A DNA stretch of 64,000 nucleotides from the human T2T-CHM13v2.0 reference genome, Homo sapiens: the NCBI RefSeq assembly GCF_009914755.1, contig NC_060929.1. One strand, given 5' to 3'. The translations under genes were made by a program, and so were the position numbers. Below the pieces are notes generated by a model. The model was not told where the DNA came from. It worked only from the letters and a program-made list of their open reading frames with translations, and ran no database searches. The stretch's first letter is position 1, and each line of letters starts with the position of its first letter. This document shows positions 1 to 11,271 of this stretch, one piece after another.

Positions 1-339
1 TGGGATAGTCACTACCACATAAAGTAGTTCATTTTCAGACATGCATAACCTTAGAAAGTTCTTCTCTTGATTTACAATTAGCCTCATAGTTCTGTTGCTG
101 CCTATTGGAGTTTTACTACGTGTACAGTCAGGCAGGGCTTCCATTCAGTCACCACCCATTAGTACTGTTGTACTAGTAATTTATGGATGGCGTCCATTCT
201 TACTGGTCCATGTCCCATTCTGATTTGTGTTTGTGCCATTTTTAAGTGTTTTGAATATTAACCCTGGTATCAGATAAACATGGAGTCCTGACTTTTTCCA
301 TAATCATGAATAACAGTGGAATAGTTACATCAGATTTGT

Positions 340-470
340 GTGCCACTGTGGTCCCATCTATGAAATAGGGATAATAATTGTACCTAGTTCATAAGGTTGT
401 TTGAGGATAGTGTGGAATAAAGTATAAAAAGGGCTTAGCCTGGTTTCTCAAATATTGCAATAAATGAAAC
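340..470 (+). mobile_element. MIR SINE fragment
   Basis: Core catctatgaaatagggataataat...ggttgtttgaggat. Confidence 0.6.
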
Positions 471-649
471 TTAGCATCATGATGCTGTCACAATGGTTCA
501 ATGATAATTGAAAACATCGATTCATCATTTAGCATCCTCAGCTTATCAGTTTCTCACTATCTAGCTCTTCTTACACTGGACACTTCCTAATTATTCTTTC
601 AATGTTTTCTGGAAGTTAGTTGAATAATTACTGTGCACCAGATACTACA

Positions 650-953
650 CAGTAGTCCCCCTTGATGCATGAGGGATACATTCAAGACCCCCAGTGGATA
701 CCTGAATACGCAGATATTTCCAAACCCATATATACTATGTTTTTTCCCTTTTGTACATACCTATGGTAAAGTTTGATTCATAGAGTAAGAGATTAACAAT
801 AACTAATAATAGAACAATTATAACAATATGCAGAGTAAAAGTATGTGAATGCAGTCCCTCTCTCAAAGCATCTGATTGTACCGTACTTACCTATTTTTGA
901 ACCACAGTTGACTGTGGGTAAAAAGGAAAACTGCAGATAAGGGGGGATTACTA
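650..953 (-). mobile_element. MER44A-like Tigger (TcMar) DNA transposon fossil
   Basis: Terminal inverted repeats CAGTAGTCCCCC... / ...GGGGGGATTACTA followed by TA; internal sequence resembles MER44A. Confidence 0.75.
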
Positions 954-1069
954 TACTACGAGTTTTACATGTACCATTTAACTAAATCATTACGACTCTA
1001 TAAAGTAGATATGATTATTGTCCTCAGTTACAAATGTGGAGGGCTGAGTCTCAGAACGTTCTATTACCG

Positions 1070-1555
1070 ACATGGTTTTGGTCCCAACAGAAAACCTCAT
1101 AATGGTTTAAACAATAAAAGAGATTTATTATCTTATAAAATCAGAAAATCCAGATGTGTGCTGGACTTGGAGGGTATCTTGATTCAACAATTCAGCAGTA
1201 TCACCAACTAGCTGGTTTCTTTCACTCTCTTCTCTCTTTTCCATGTGGCCACTTCATCCTCAGCTTGTTCCTCCATGTGATTGCAAGAAAGCTGCCTGCT
1301 GCCCAGGGCTCCATGCTAAATTCTTTAAATCTAAAGAATCACACTCCTTCTCAAAACTTTCCCCAGGACAGCAAGGAAGCTTTTTCCTCAGAAGCCCAGA
1401 ACATAATTCTTTCTGATACTCAGTGGCTTAAATTGGGTCACCAGCCCATCCCTGAACCAATAACAGGGCCTGTGGGATGGGATAACTCCTACTTAGGCCT
1501 GACTCACATAATCCTTCCCTACAGTCAGGGTGGAGTAGGTTTCCCAAAGCACACA
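1070..1555. mobile_element. Old MaLR LTR (MLT1-type), degraded
   Basis: MLT1-like segments (ggtttaaacaa...gatttatt; ccatccctgaaccaataac). Confidence 0.5.
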
Positions 1556-1562
1556 AAATACA

Positions 1563-1642
1563 GTGTGTGTGTGTATGTGTGTGTGTGTGCGCGCGTGCAT
1601 GCGTGCGCGTGTGTGCGCGCATGTGTGCATGAATGTGTGTGT
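1563..1642. repeat. (TG)n/(CG)n alternating purine-pyrimidine tract
   Basis: Directly visible in the sequence. Confidence 0.95.
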
Positions 1643-3875
1643 TACAGAGAAGTGAAAATACCCAGTTGAAAACTGAAATGATGATTAAGAGAATGAAGAA
1701 TGCGTATTAGAAAGGCAATCAAAATGACCATTAGTAAGCTGCACAGTCGAGATCTGAGCCTTGGTCATTTGACTACAGAATTAATACTCTTAAACCTCCA
1801 CTATCTACTGCTTCCCAAATCAACCTAGAAATCCCTGGGGTTGGATAGGACCATTTGTGTTTGAGACTATTACCAACATTACTAAGTACTATACTAATAT
1901 ACTCATGCAACCTAAAGCATATATATGTGAAGTGTGTATATGTACCCATATATATACATACACACTCATATACTACACACAGTATAGCCTATACAGGGCT
2001 CATGTTTAATCAGCATACACTGGTCTGGCCCTATCAGTTGTATTTCAGTGTATTGGCTGATGAAGAGGTCATGCCTAAGCTTTGCTGCTACTCCAGCCCC
2101 TTTTCCAATCTCCCCCTCATCCCCCACCCCTTCCCTCCCTTGACCCAGCAACTGAAGTGCTAACTCCTGGCCCAGGAGAGGTCCTTCAGGGCACTGCTCC
2201 TGGGCTTCCATCAGCATCCCTTCTGATGAAAGGATGACTGTGCTGTTCTGGTTGTTAAATATTTTGTCCATCACCTCTGGCTATTTGTAAATATATATAC
2301 TTACATGGAATACTATATATGCCCACTATATTTCAGTAAACTTTACTATGCTAAGCTCTAGAGAGTTTAGATCATTTGTCCAAGATTACATAATGAGTGA
2401 CTGGGATTACAACCAAAGATTGTGAAGTACAATCTTAGGAGGATGATACCTAGTCTTTAATCATCTAACCCTGACAGCCTTTCACTTCTGCCCCCTATTC
2501 CAAACTGTTTTTCCTTATAATTTTCCCTCACTCGCTCTTAACATGGGTCTGTTTTTTGAGACCAATAGCCCATCTGTGACACCCTAAATAATATGTTACA
2601 GAATTATATGTATAATATTTTTCCCCTCTCCAGAACTTGGCGATGGCCCAATCTGAGAGACTGTTATGTGGCAAATAATTAAATACAAACTATGGACCAT
2701 CAAAAGGCCATGGGACACTGAAGGAGTTGATTTTGGTTTCGATATACCGATTTCCTTGTTTGCTATTTTCATGTACATGTACCGGTATAGGATTGCAGGG
2801 TGAGCAACTTGACTCCAGGGGAGGCGCAATGAAGGGATGTAATTAGCCTGTTAACCCTGCTAATGTCTTGTAAAGTCATTCAAGTGAGAAGAGTAGATAC
2901 ATCAATTCTTCCTTGGATCCTGCCACAAGGAGCATTGTATTTCCACTCTGCTATTTATAGTTCTCACAGCTGGAATCAGCTGGTTCAGCAGGACATGGCT
3001 CTTTTTTATTTAATCAAACCAAGATGCAATGAAGAATTTCCAAAGTATGCATCCTAGAATTTCCCTTTATCACCCCCAAAATTCCATAGTCCCTCTGAAA
3101 TCATAGGCTCGTAACAGGCATAAATCACTTCTTATTTATTACTCTTACTCTAATACATACACATACACTTACTGGAAAGTCAAGTTTCTTAGTTGGCCAA
3201 TGGTAAATGTGGCGCATCTGGCACACAGGGTTTGTTTGGGTTGTTTTGGGGGTGGGGATTGGTTGTTTTGCTTTGTTTTGTTTTCTCTTCTCTTCTTAGG
3301 GGAAAAAGACATGCAGGGCTTAGTATTCCAACAATTTGAGAAACCAGGGGGCTGGGATTCATTCATTTTTATGACAAATAGTTACTCGAGCACCTACTTT
3401 ATTCTTGGGTACTTTTATGAGTCCAGGGGCTGCTGCATTGAACAATACAGAAAAGAAGTCCTTTCACTTAGAACTTACGTCCTAGTGGGGGTTGGGGGTT
3501 GGGGGTTGAGAGAATGAAGCATTCTTACAAAGAATGTTAAAAGCGAACTATGGGCAGGAATTGAGGATATGAGTTTTGATGTATAAAGAAAAAGTGACAA
3601 GGTCAATAATTGGTGGTCTTAGTGTGATAGATATGCCAGTTTGGAAATTGTATTGAATAAATGCTAGTCAGGGGCTAGGCTGTAGTTATGAAAAGGAGAT
3701 GATTAAGGAAGTGAGAATAAGGAAACTATTGGTGTGGGACGGATGAAAAGATTATTGGAGGCAAGTCAAGGAACTGAGAGGCCAGGGTGTTAGATGGAGC
3801 ATTCATGTAGACACTGAAGTCACCAAGAATAATAAATAACAAGTAAGAGGGAATTCATCATTAGCTATCTGCTTA

Positions 3876-4246
3876 TGATATGGATGTGTTTTTGCTGTGT
3901 CCCCATCCAAATCTCATCTTGAATTGTAGTTCCCATAATCTCCATTTGTCATAGGAAGAATGCAGTAGGAGTTAATTGAGTCATGGGGGTGGGTTTTTCC
4001 AATGCTGTTCTTGTGATAGTGGGTGAGTCTCATGAGATATGATGGTTTTATAAAGGGCAATTCCCCTGCACATGGTCTCTTGCCTGCCTCCACGTAAGAG
4101 GTGCCTTTGCTTCTCCATCACCTTCTGCCATGATTGTGAGGGCTCCCCAGCCATGTGGAACTGTGAGTCTGTTAAACCTCTTTTTCTTTATAAATTACCC
4201 AGTCTTGGGTATGTCTTTATTAGCAGTGTGAGAATAGACTAATAAA
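3876..4246 (+). mobile_element. THE1B-like MaLR LTR (5' LTR)
   Basis: TGATATGG...ccaaatctcatcttgaattgtag...gactaata, matching the recalled THE1B consensus. Confidence 0.88.
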
Positions 4247-5771
4247 GCCAATTGGTATGAGGAGTGGGGCACTGCTGTAAAGATACCCAAAAATGTGGAA
4301 GCAACTTTGGAACTGGGTAACAGGCAGGGGTTGGAACAGTTTGGAGGGCTCAGAAGAAGATAGGAAAATGTGGGAAAGTGTGGAACTTCCTAGAGACTTG
4401 TTGAATGGCTTTGACCAAAATGCTGATAGTGATATGAATGAAAAAGTCCAGGCTGAGGTGGCCTCATGTGGAGATAAGGAACTTACCAGGAACTAGAGCA
4501 AAAGTGATTCCTGCTGTGCTTTAGCAAAGAGACTGGTGACATTTTTCCCCTGCCATAGAGATCTGTGTAACTTTGAACTTGAGAGAGATAATTTAGGGTA
4601 TCTGGTGGAAGAAATTTCTAAACAGCAAAGCATTCAAGAGGTGACGTGGGTGCTCTTAAAAACATTAAGTTTTATTCATTCACAAAGATATGGTTTGGAA
4701 TTAGAACTCATGTTTTAAAGAAAAGCAGGGAATAAAAGTTCAGAAAATTTATAGCCTGATGATGGAATAGAAAAGAAAAACCTATTTTCTGAGGAGAAAT
4801 TCAAACTGGCTGCGGAAATTTGCATCAGTAATGAGGAGCAAAATGTTAATAGCCAAGACGATGGGGAAAATGTCTCCAGGGCATGTCAGAGGTAGCCCCT
4901 CCTATCACAAGCCCTGATTCCTGGGAGGAAAAATGGTTTCATGGGCTGGGCCCAGGGCCTTGCTGCTTTCGTAGTCTCAGGACTTGCTGCCCTGCATCCC
5001 AGCTGTTTCTAAAGGGGCCAACATACAGTTCAGACCATTGCTTCAGAGGGTGTAAGCAGCAAGCCTTGGTGGCTTACGCATGGTGTTGGGCCTGTGGATG
5101 CACAGAAGTCAAGAATTGAGGTTTGGGAACCTCTGCCTGGATTTCAGAGGATGTATGGAAATGCCTAGATGTCCCGACAGAGTTGTGCTACATGGGCAGA
5201 GCCCTTATGGAGAACCTCTGCTAGGGCAGCGTGGAAGGGAAATATGGGGTGGGAACCCACACACAGAGTTCCCACTAGGGCACCACCTAGTGGAGCTGTG
5301 AGAAGAAGGTCACCATCTTCCAGACACCAGAATGGTAGCTCCACCAACAGTTTGCACCATGTGCCTGGAAAAGCTGCAGACATACAATGCCAGCCAATGA
5401 ACGCAGCCAGGAAGGGGGCTGCACCCTGGAAAGCCACAGAGGTGGAGCTGCCCAAGGTTGTGGGAGCCCACATGTTACATCAGCGTGACCTGGATGTGAG
5501 ACATGGAGTCAAAGATTATTTTGGAGCTTTAAGATTATACTGCCCTGCTGGATTTCAGACTTGCATGAGGCCTGTAGCCACTTTGTTTTGGCCAATTCCT
5601 CTTATTTGGAATGAGTGTATTTACCCACTGCCTGTAACCCCATTGTATCTAAGAAGTAACTAACTTACTTTTGATTTTACAGGCTCATAGGCAGAAGGGA
5701 CTTGCCTTGTCTTAGATGAGACATTGGACTGTGGACTTTTGAGTTATTGCTGAAATGAGTTAAGACTTTGG
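4247..5771 (+). mobile_element. THE1 internal region, 3'-truncated
   Basis: Typical THE1-int sequence (gtggaagcaactttggaactgggtaacaggcag...); source of the spurious ORFs at 4293-5663. Confidence 0.88.
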
Positions 5772-6095
5772 GGAATTCCCAGAACTGAGGGTTCCTCCCC
5801 ATTGTAGACCATATAGGTAGCTTCCAGACGTTGCCAAGGCATTTGTAAACTGTCATGGTGCTAGTGAGAGTGTCTTTTAGCATGCTCATGTATTATAATT
5901 AGTGTATAATGAGCAGTGAGGATGACCAGAGATCACTTTTGTCACCATCTTGGTTTTGGCCAGCTTCTTCACTGCATCTTATTTCTATCAGTGGGGTCTT
6001 TGTGACCTGTACCTTGCAAAAACAGTCCTGCTGATTACTAAATTCCTATCTCACCTATTCAAGATGGAGTCACTCTGGTCTGAATGCCCCTGATA
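5772..6095 (-). mobile_element. MER41 (B/C-like) ERV1 LTR, 5' half
   Basis: Reverse complement matches MER41: ...catgacagtttacaaatgcc...ggggaggaaccctcagttctgggaa. Confidence 0.8.
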
Positions 6096-7271
6096 AGAGA
6101 ATCCACAGTGTTCAATTCTCCCCAGTTGATTCTGAAGCATATCCAGGTTTATTAGCCACTAAGTAAAAATATATTATAGACTACTGTCAATGAAAGAAAC
6201 ATTTTGTAAGTTATTTCATATTTATTTTTACTTGAGAAGACTGAAAAGGTAAAGAAGTGATGCTAAAATTTAGAACTAGAAAATCTCAACTTGCTCTAGT
6301 AGGAATTTTAATAGAGCACACTAAGTTTCTTTTCATTTTCTCTCTCCTGGTATGTGAATAAACAACCTTCCATACTGCAATTTACCCTGTAGTGAATTAG
6401 ATGTTACCCTATTATATTTTGGAGAAACTATATAGTTAGAATCTAAGCTTAGATAACTTATTTTTATGTTTACAAATCCACTTTCTCTTATACATTTTTC
6501 TTAAATTTTTCTCATATTCTTTCTCTGAATTTGTGGTAAAAATACCCCTTTCCCATTCTATGTCATGGTTCTTTACGAAGCTTTCTCATCCTCTCCATCC
6601 CGAGGGAACTATGTCTCATTTATCTTTAGGTTTTCTGTATCTTACTACAGTGACTTACCAGAGTAGGTAAATATCTGATGAATAAATGAATACAAGATTT
6701 AATTAAGAAGTAATCACATTAAACTAATTGTTCCCTCTCTGATCTCTGTAATATTAAGTTTCAAAGTAGTTTCTGGGAAAAGTAGTTAACACAATGATGT
6801 ATGGATTCAATAAATAAGAAAAATGGTGCTCAGGGATTTAACAGAAAGCTCATAAAATGTCAAATCCACAGCAATTAATTTCTCCCAGTAAGTCCTCATA
6901 AATTCAGGCCAAGAAATTTGATACTGATCTTGCCTCTCTCAACTCTCATCCATCTTTGGTAGGGCTCCTCTGGGCCTCTTTTTCACCTGGCAAACAGTAC
7001 CTGATACTCATTGGATGCAGATCTGAAAGAGGTGGAAAGAGCCCGACACCTGGTTTATCTCTAGCTTTATGGTGCAGAGAGTATTTGATGGTGTGCACAG
7101 TGCTCTGTATATACTGTTAGGATCAGCCTTCTTGAGTGCACTGGAATTTCTCTGGGTGTCATTAAGTTCTTCATTTACTGACCATGAGGCACTGGGATAG
7201 AATATGATATTAATCAAGAAACCATCCCTGACATCATGATCCACTTGGAAAACTTGCAGAAATTAGAAAAA

Positions 7272-7429
7272 TTTTTTGAGTAGGCATTTTGCTTTGTTGC
7301 CCAGGCTGGAGTGCAATGGCTAGTCAGGGCACAGTTGTGCAATGCAGCCTCAAACTCCTGGGCTCAGGTGATATCCCTCTTCCACCTCCTGAGTGGCTGG
7401 GACTATAAGTACACACCACTGTGCCTGGC
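7272..7429 (-). mobile_element. FAM-like fossil Alu monomer
   Basis: Monomer with a 7SL-like insert after gtgcaatggct. Confidence 0.65.
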
Positions 7430-8789
7430 AAGAATTTTTTTTTTTAGGATGTTATAAGGCCTATAGTTATTTAATTATTAATCCTGGGGTAGTTAGTGAA
7501 AAGATTTGGACCAGTCTTTTACACACTGATGTACAGCAAGATAACTATAGTTAGTAACATTGTATTATATACCAGAAATTTGCTATATCAAAGTATCATG
7601 TTGGCCACTTCAAACACACAATTTTTGGTTTAAAATGACTAAAAAAATTAAAATAGCAAAGTAAAAAAAATTCACAGGAGAGCACAAAACCCACCTTCTT
7701 CCAATGAAGGGAGTAGTCTGGTGGTTAATACTTGGAGGATAGAATGATAGAGTTTGCAAAGCCTTGGTGAATATTATAGTAAGGAACACTCCTGAATCAA
7801 AAAATCGCATTGTACTTTATAACAGCCCTCACTTTTCCACTCTCAGATTTTTACTGCCTTTCCCTAATGTACCATTAAAGCCCTTCAGCCTAAATTCATA
7901 GACTCCATTAGAGAAGAAATTCTGAAACAGGTTTTGGGAACACATTCTCAGCCTAGTCAAATAGCTTTCATGCTGCTAGAATAAAAATACCTTAATCTTT
8001 GACAGACCAAGTCTGTCAGCTTACTCTTTACTTAAAAATATTAATGAGTAACAAGTCCCATATCCATAAACAGAACCAAGTGTGTGATAAACTGTGATAA
8101 ATGTTATGGTGGAAGAAGTATCCCATGTGGTCAGAATATATGGGATTAGGGGGGATTTGACCCAGAAATGAAAAATCAGGAAGGCTTCCTGCAGGAAATG
8201 GCATCTGAGCTGTGGGGTTAAGGGTGAATCTGTGTTGTCTGAGTGCACTGGTGAGAGGACTCTAATTTAGGCAAAGCAACAGCAGGTGTGGATGTGAGGA
8301 GGCAAAAGGAGACAGGGGGTGGTTATATAACTACATTATCAACCATATTTTTCCCATTTATAGTCTTTAAGCTCACATCATCTGTGCAATTCTAGAGTTA
8401 CACAAGAAAATGATGCTTAATACTACTAACATTACTTTATGGCAATGTAAATGCTTTATATGATCCAATGGACCAATATCTACATGCTTAGATACAACAT
8501 GCTATAGGAAGTTTAGAGTCTGAGTTTTTGAATGAGAGAGGCCTTGGTTCAGAGCCCATTTCTTCCATTTACTAGCCTGTGACCTTGGGTTAAGCTTCAG
8601 TTTTCTGATTTAAAAATTGGGGATTTTCTGTCTCATAAATTTACTGTGAGAATTGAATGAGAAGATGAGTATTGAGAAGCTAGTACACTGTTTCAACTCC
8701 AGTTAGCTTTCTTAAGCCTTTTTGCCCCTACCCCTTAGTTCTGTTCGTTTTATTGTGAGCAACTTTCTTTTTTCTTTTTACTCCTCTAG

Positions 8790-8827
8790 GGATATGAAGC
8801 CTGACAATATTTTACTTGACGAACATG
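8790..8827 (+). CDS. STK32A: STK32A internal exon (38 nt), catalytic loop (R)DMKPDNILLDEH(G)
   Basis: Polypyrimidine tract + ctctag acceptor, gtaagt donor. Translates to kinase subdomain VIb; phase fits the next exon. Confidence 0.96.
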
Positions 8828-9341
8828 GTAAGTGAGTGATTTGTTTGCAATCAAGTACATGACATGCATGTAGAAAAGTTGATTGTTCCCAGCAGAGGGG
8901 TATTACACATGAAAAAGGTATTTTGTTCTATTCATTCGAGCTCTACTTACAAACTCCTCATAGACAATATGGGGGAACTTTATTACTTATGGCAGGTTAT
9001 AGTACAACAATACACCCTTAAATCACATTGAATTTACCTAATGAGAAAATCATAGTCTACTCAATTTTCTTCCACTACTATATTTCTTCAAGAAAACCAT
9101 CACAACTTTTCAGTGTTAGCTGGCCTTAATATAACACGCAATCACCTATTTTTTATAATGATACAGAAGGCCTCAAGCTGAGAGCATTTGGCCAGCAATA
9201 GCATCTACCTAGACATTAATGACATTATTTTGTTCTCATTGCATCTACTTTTTTGCATTCCTTCTTATAAAAGGCAAATTGGTTTTACATTTGCAAATTG
9301 GTTTTTACATTTACTTAATATCACAGAAGAATTCTTACATT

Positions 9342-9545
9342 TTAGGGTCATTGTAAAGACTGACCTAATACATGTAAACTACTTGATGCAGTGACTGTCA
9401 CGAAGAAATCACTCAATAGAAGTCTAATATTGGTACAATTTTTATGAGGTGGTCATGGGTTTCTCCCCTTGGAAAGGAAGCTGGAACTGCTTCATCTTGT
9501 TTTATGCGGCTTTGTCTATGCTGGCACATAACTAGTATGTACCAA
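9342..9545 (+). repeat. Copy 1 of a 204-bp direct duplication
   Basis: Ungapped ~88% match to 11068-11271. Confidence 0.92.
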
Positions 9546-10274
9546 TGTATCTCAGAAAAGATATCAAGTTTTCTGTTTAAAAATTTCAGTTTGAGAAAAA
9601 TCAGTTAAAGAAAAACATAAAAAAGATAAAAGTATATGTGTTATCTAGATTTGTGATATAGGGATATGGCAATAATCAAGATGGTGATAAGTGAATGCTG
9701 AATTTCAAGAACTACTGATTACACCCTCTAGAATAAGCTTTTGCCCGTGATGATTAAATGTGTACGATTTCTTCCTAATATTTATTTTTGTGTATATTGG
9801 GATTTATTAGAATATCAGGGAAGATCTGCAGGGCACAAAAACTGTATGTTATAAATGTTAACAGTGTCAATAAGATCTTTGTTATGTCTTTAGAAGGCTG
9901 CTAGATGAGGAGAGTCCTAGATCTTAAAGGCTCCTTATTCAATTTTTACAAAAAGGATTTGCAAGTGGAACTGAAACTCCAAGTACCATCTATTGCTCAT
10001 TATTTATTTACCTATTTTTGAGCCTGATTTTCCTGATCCCACCTGTGCTCAGGGGGCTAAGAAACACTGGTAATGACCTCTAATTTCAAAGCTCACTGTC
10101 ATTACTTATTTATGGACTGTCCAAAAAGATTTTTTCCACTTTCTTCCAATGCCTTATTTCTTCCTTACCTTTACTGCTTCTGACATTTGAAAACAGGGTC
10201 TCTGATTCTCAGAAATGTGAGCAATGGTGAGATTTAGCATGAAGGTGACTTTCTTTAAAATACCAGCTATCCAG

Positions 10275-10392
10275 AGCTAGGTACAGTGGCAGGCACCTGT
10301 AGTATCAGCTACTTGGGAGGCTGAGGCAGGAGGATCGCTTGAGCCCAGGAGTTTGAATCCAGCCTGGGCAGCACAGAGAGACCCTGTTTCTT
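10275..10392 (+). mobile_element. FLAM Alu monomer
   Basis: ggaggctgaggcaggaggatcgcttgagcccaggag...cagcctgggc. Confidence 0.8.
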
Positions 10393-11067
10393 GTTGGGGG
10401 AAAAACAATTACCACTGGCTTCTCTTCTAGCCTATAGAGGCCACCTTTGTGCAACTTAGGGAGAAGTGCTCCCCCTGCCCACCACAGCTTCCTGACAGCA
10501 CATGGCCCACCAAGGAGAACCCAAGTTAGGATTGAGTCCTCACTTGCTCCCTCAGCTGGGTGCCTTTGTGCATGATTTCTGCTGTTCCACCATTTATAGA
10601 GGCCTTAAATGAAGGCATATAGGTCCTATCAATCCAACACTTTCCCAGCTTTATCCTCCCTTCAGAGAACAGTGTTTTCATCCCAGGTCTCATCCATGGC
10701 TTCACCCTACTTCTATCATTAAGGCATCCTATTCTCCTTCAGTCAACTTCTTCCTCCTCCTCATTTTCTTGGTGACTTGGTCATTGCAGATGAGGAAAAA
10801 CATGAAGAAATCAATTAATCTTCAAGTTTAACCACCTTTAGAGACTACCCTTGTGAAAGATTAATTGTGTAACAGTGTGGTTAAGAATGTGACTTCTGGA
10901 GCCAGATTGCCTTCATTCAAAACACACTTCACTCATTTCCTAGCCCCGAGAGCTTTGACAAGTTGCCTAAACTTTGTCTTAGTTTTTCCAGGGATCAAAA
11001 GAATACTTACTTAGAAAAAAAATCTTACTTACAAAAGAAATCTTACAGGGATCAAAAGAATACTTAA

Positions 11068-11271
11068 TTAGGGTCATTGTAAAGACTGACCTGATACGTG
11101 TGAAGTACTTGATGCAATGACTGTCACAAAGAAATCACTCAATAAAAGTCTAATATTAGTACAATTCTTCTGAGGCAGTCATGGCTTTCTTTCCTTGGAA
11201 AGGAAGCTGGGACTGCTTCATCTTGTTTTATGTTTCTTTGTCTATGCTAACACATACCTAATACGTACCAA
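11068..11271 (+). repeat. Copy 2 of a 204-bp direct duplication (MIR tail plus flank)
   Basis: Ungapped ~88% match to 9342-9545; the MIR body lies upstream at ~10873-11000. Confidence 0.92.

Noticed and set aside
1154-1669. 171-aa ORF
   Set aside because: Runs through a degraded MLT1 LTR and a (TG)n tract; no recognisable domain.
3487-3507. (GGGGGTT)3 as a G-quadruplex or telomere-like repeat
   Set aside because: Only three G-runs and not TTAGGG.
4293-5663. Cluster of ORFs up to 164 aa
   Set aside because: Fragmented THE1 internal sequence with stops and frameshifts.
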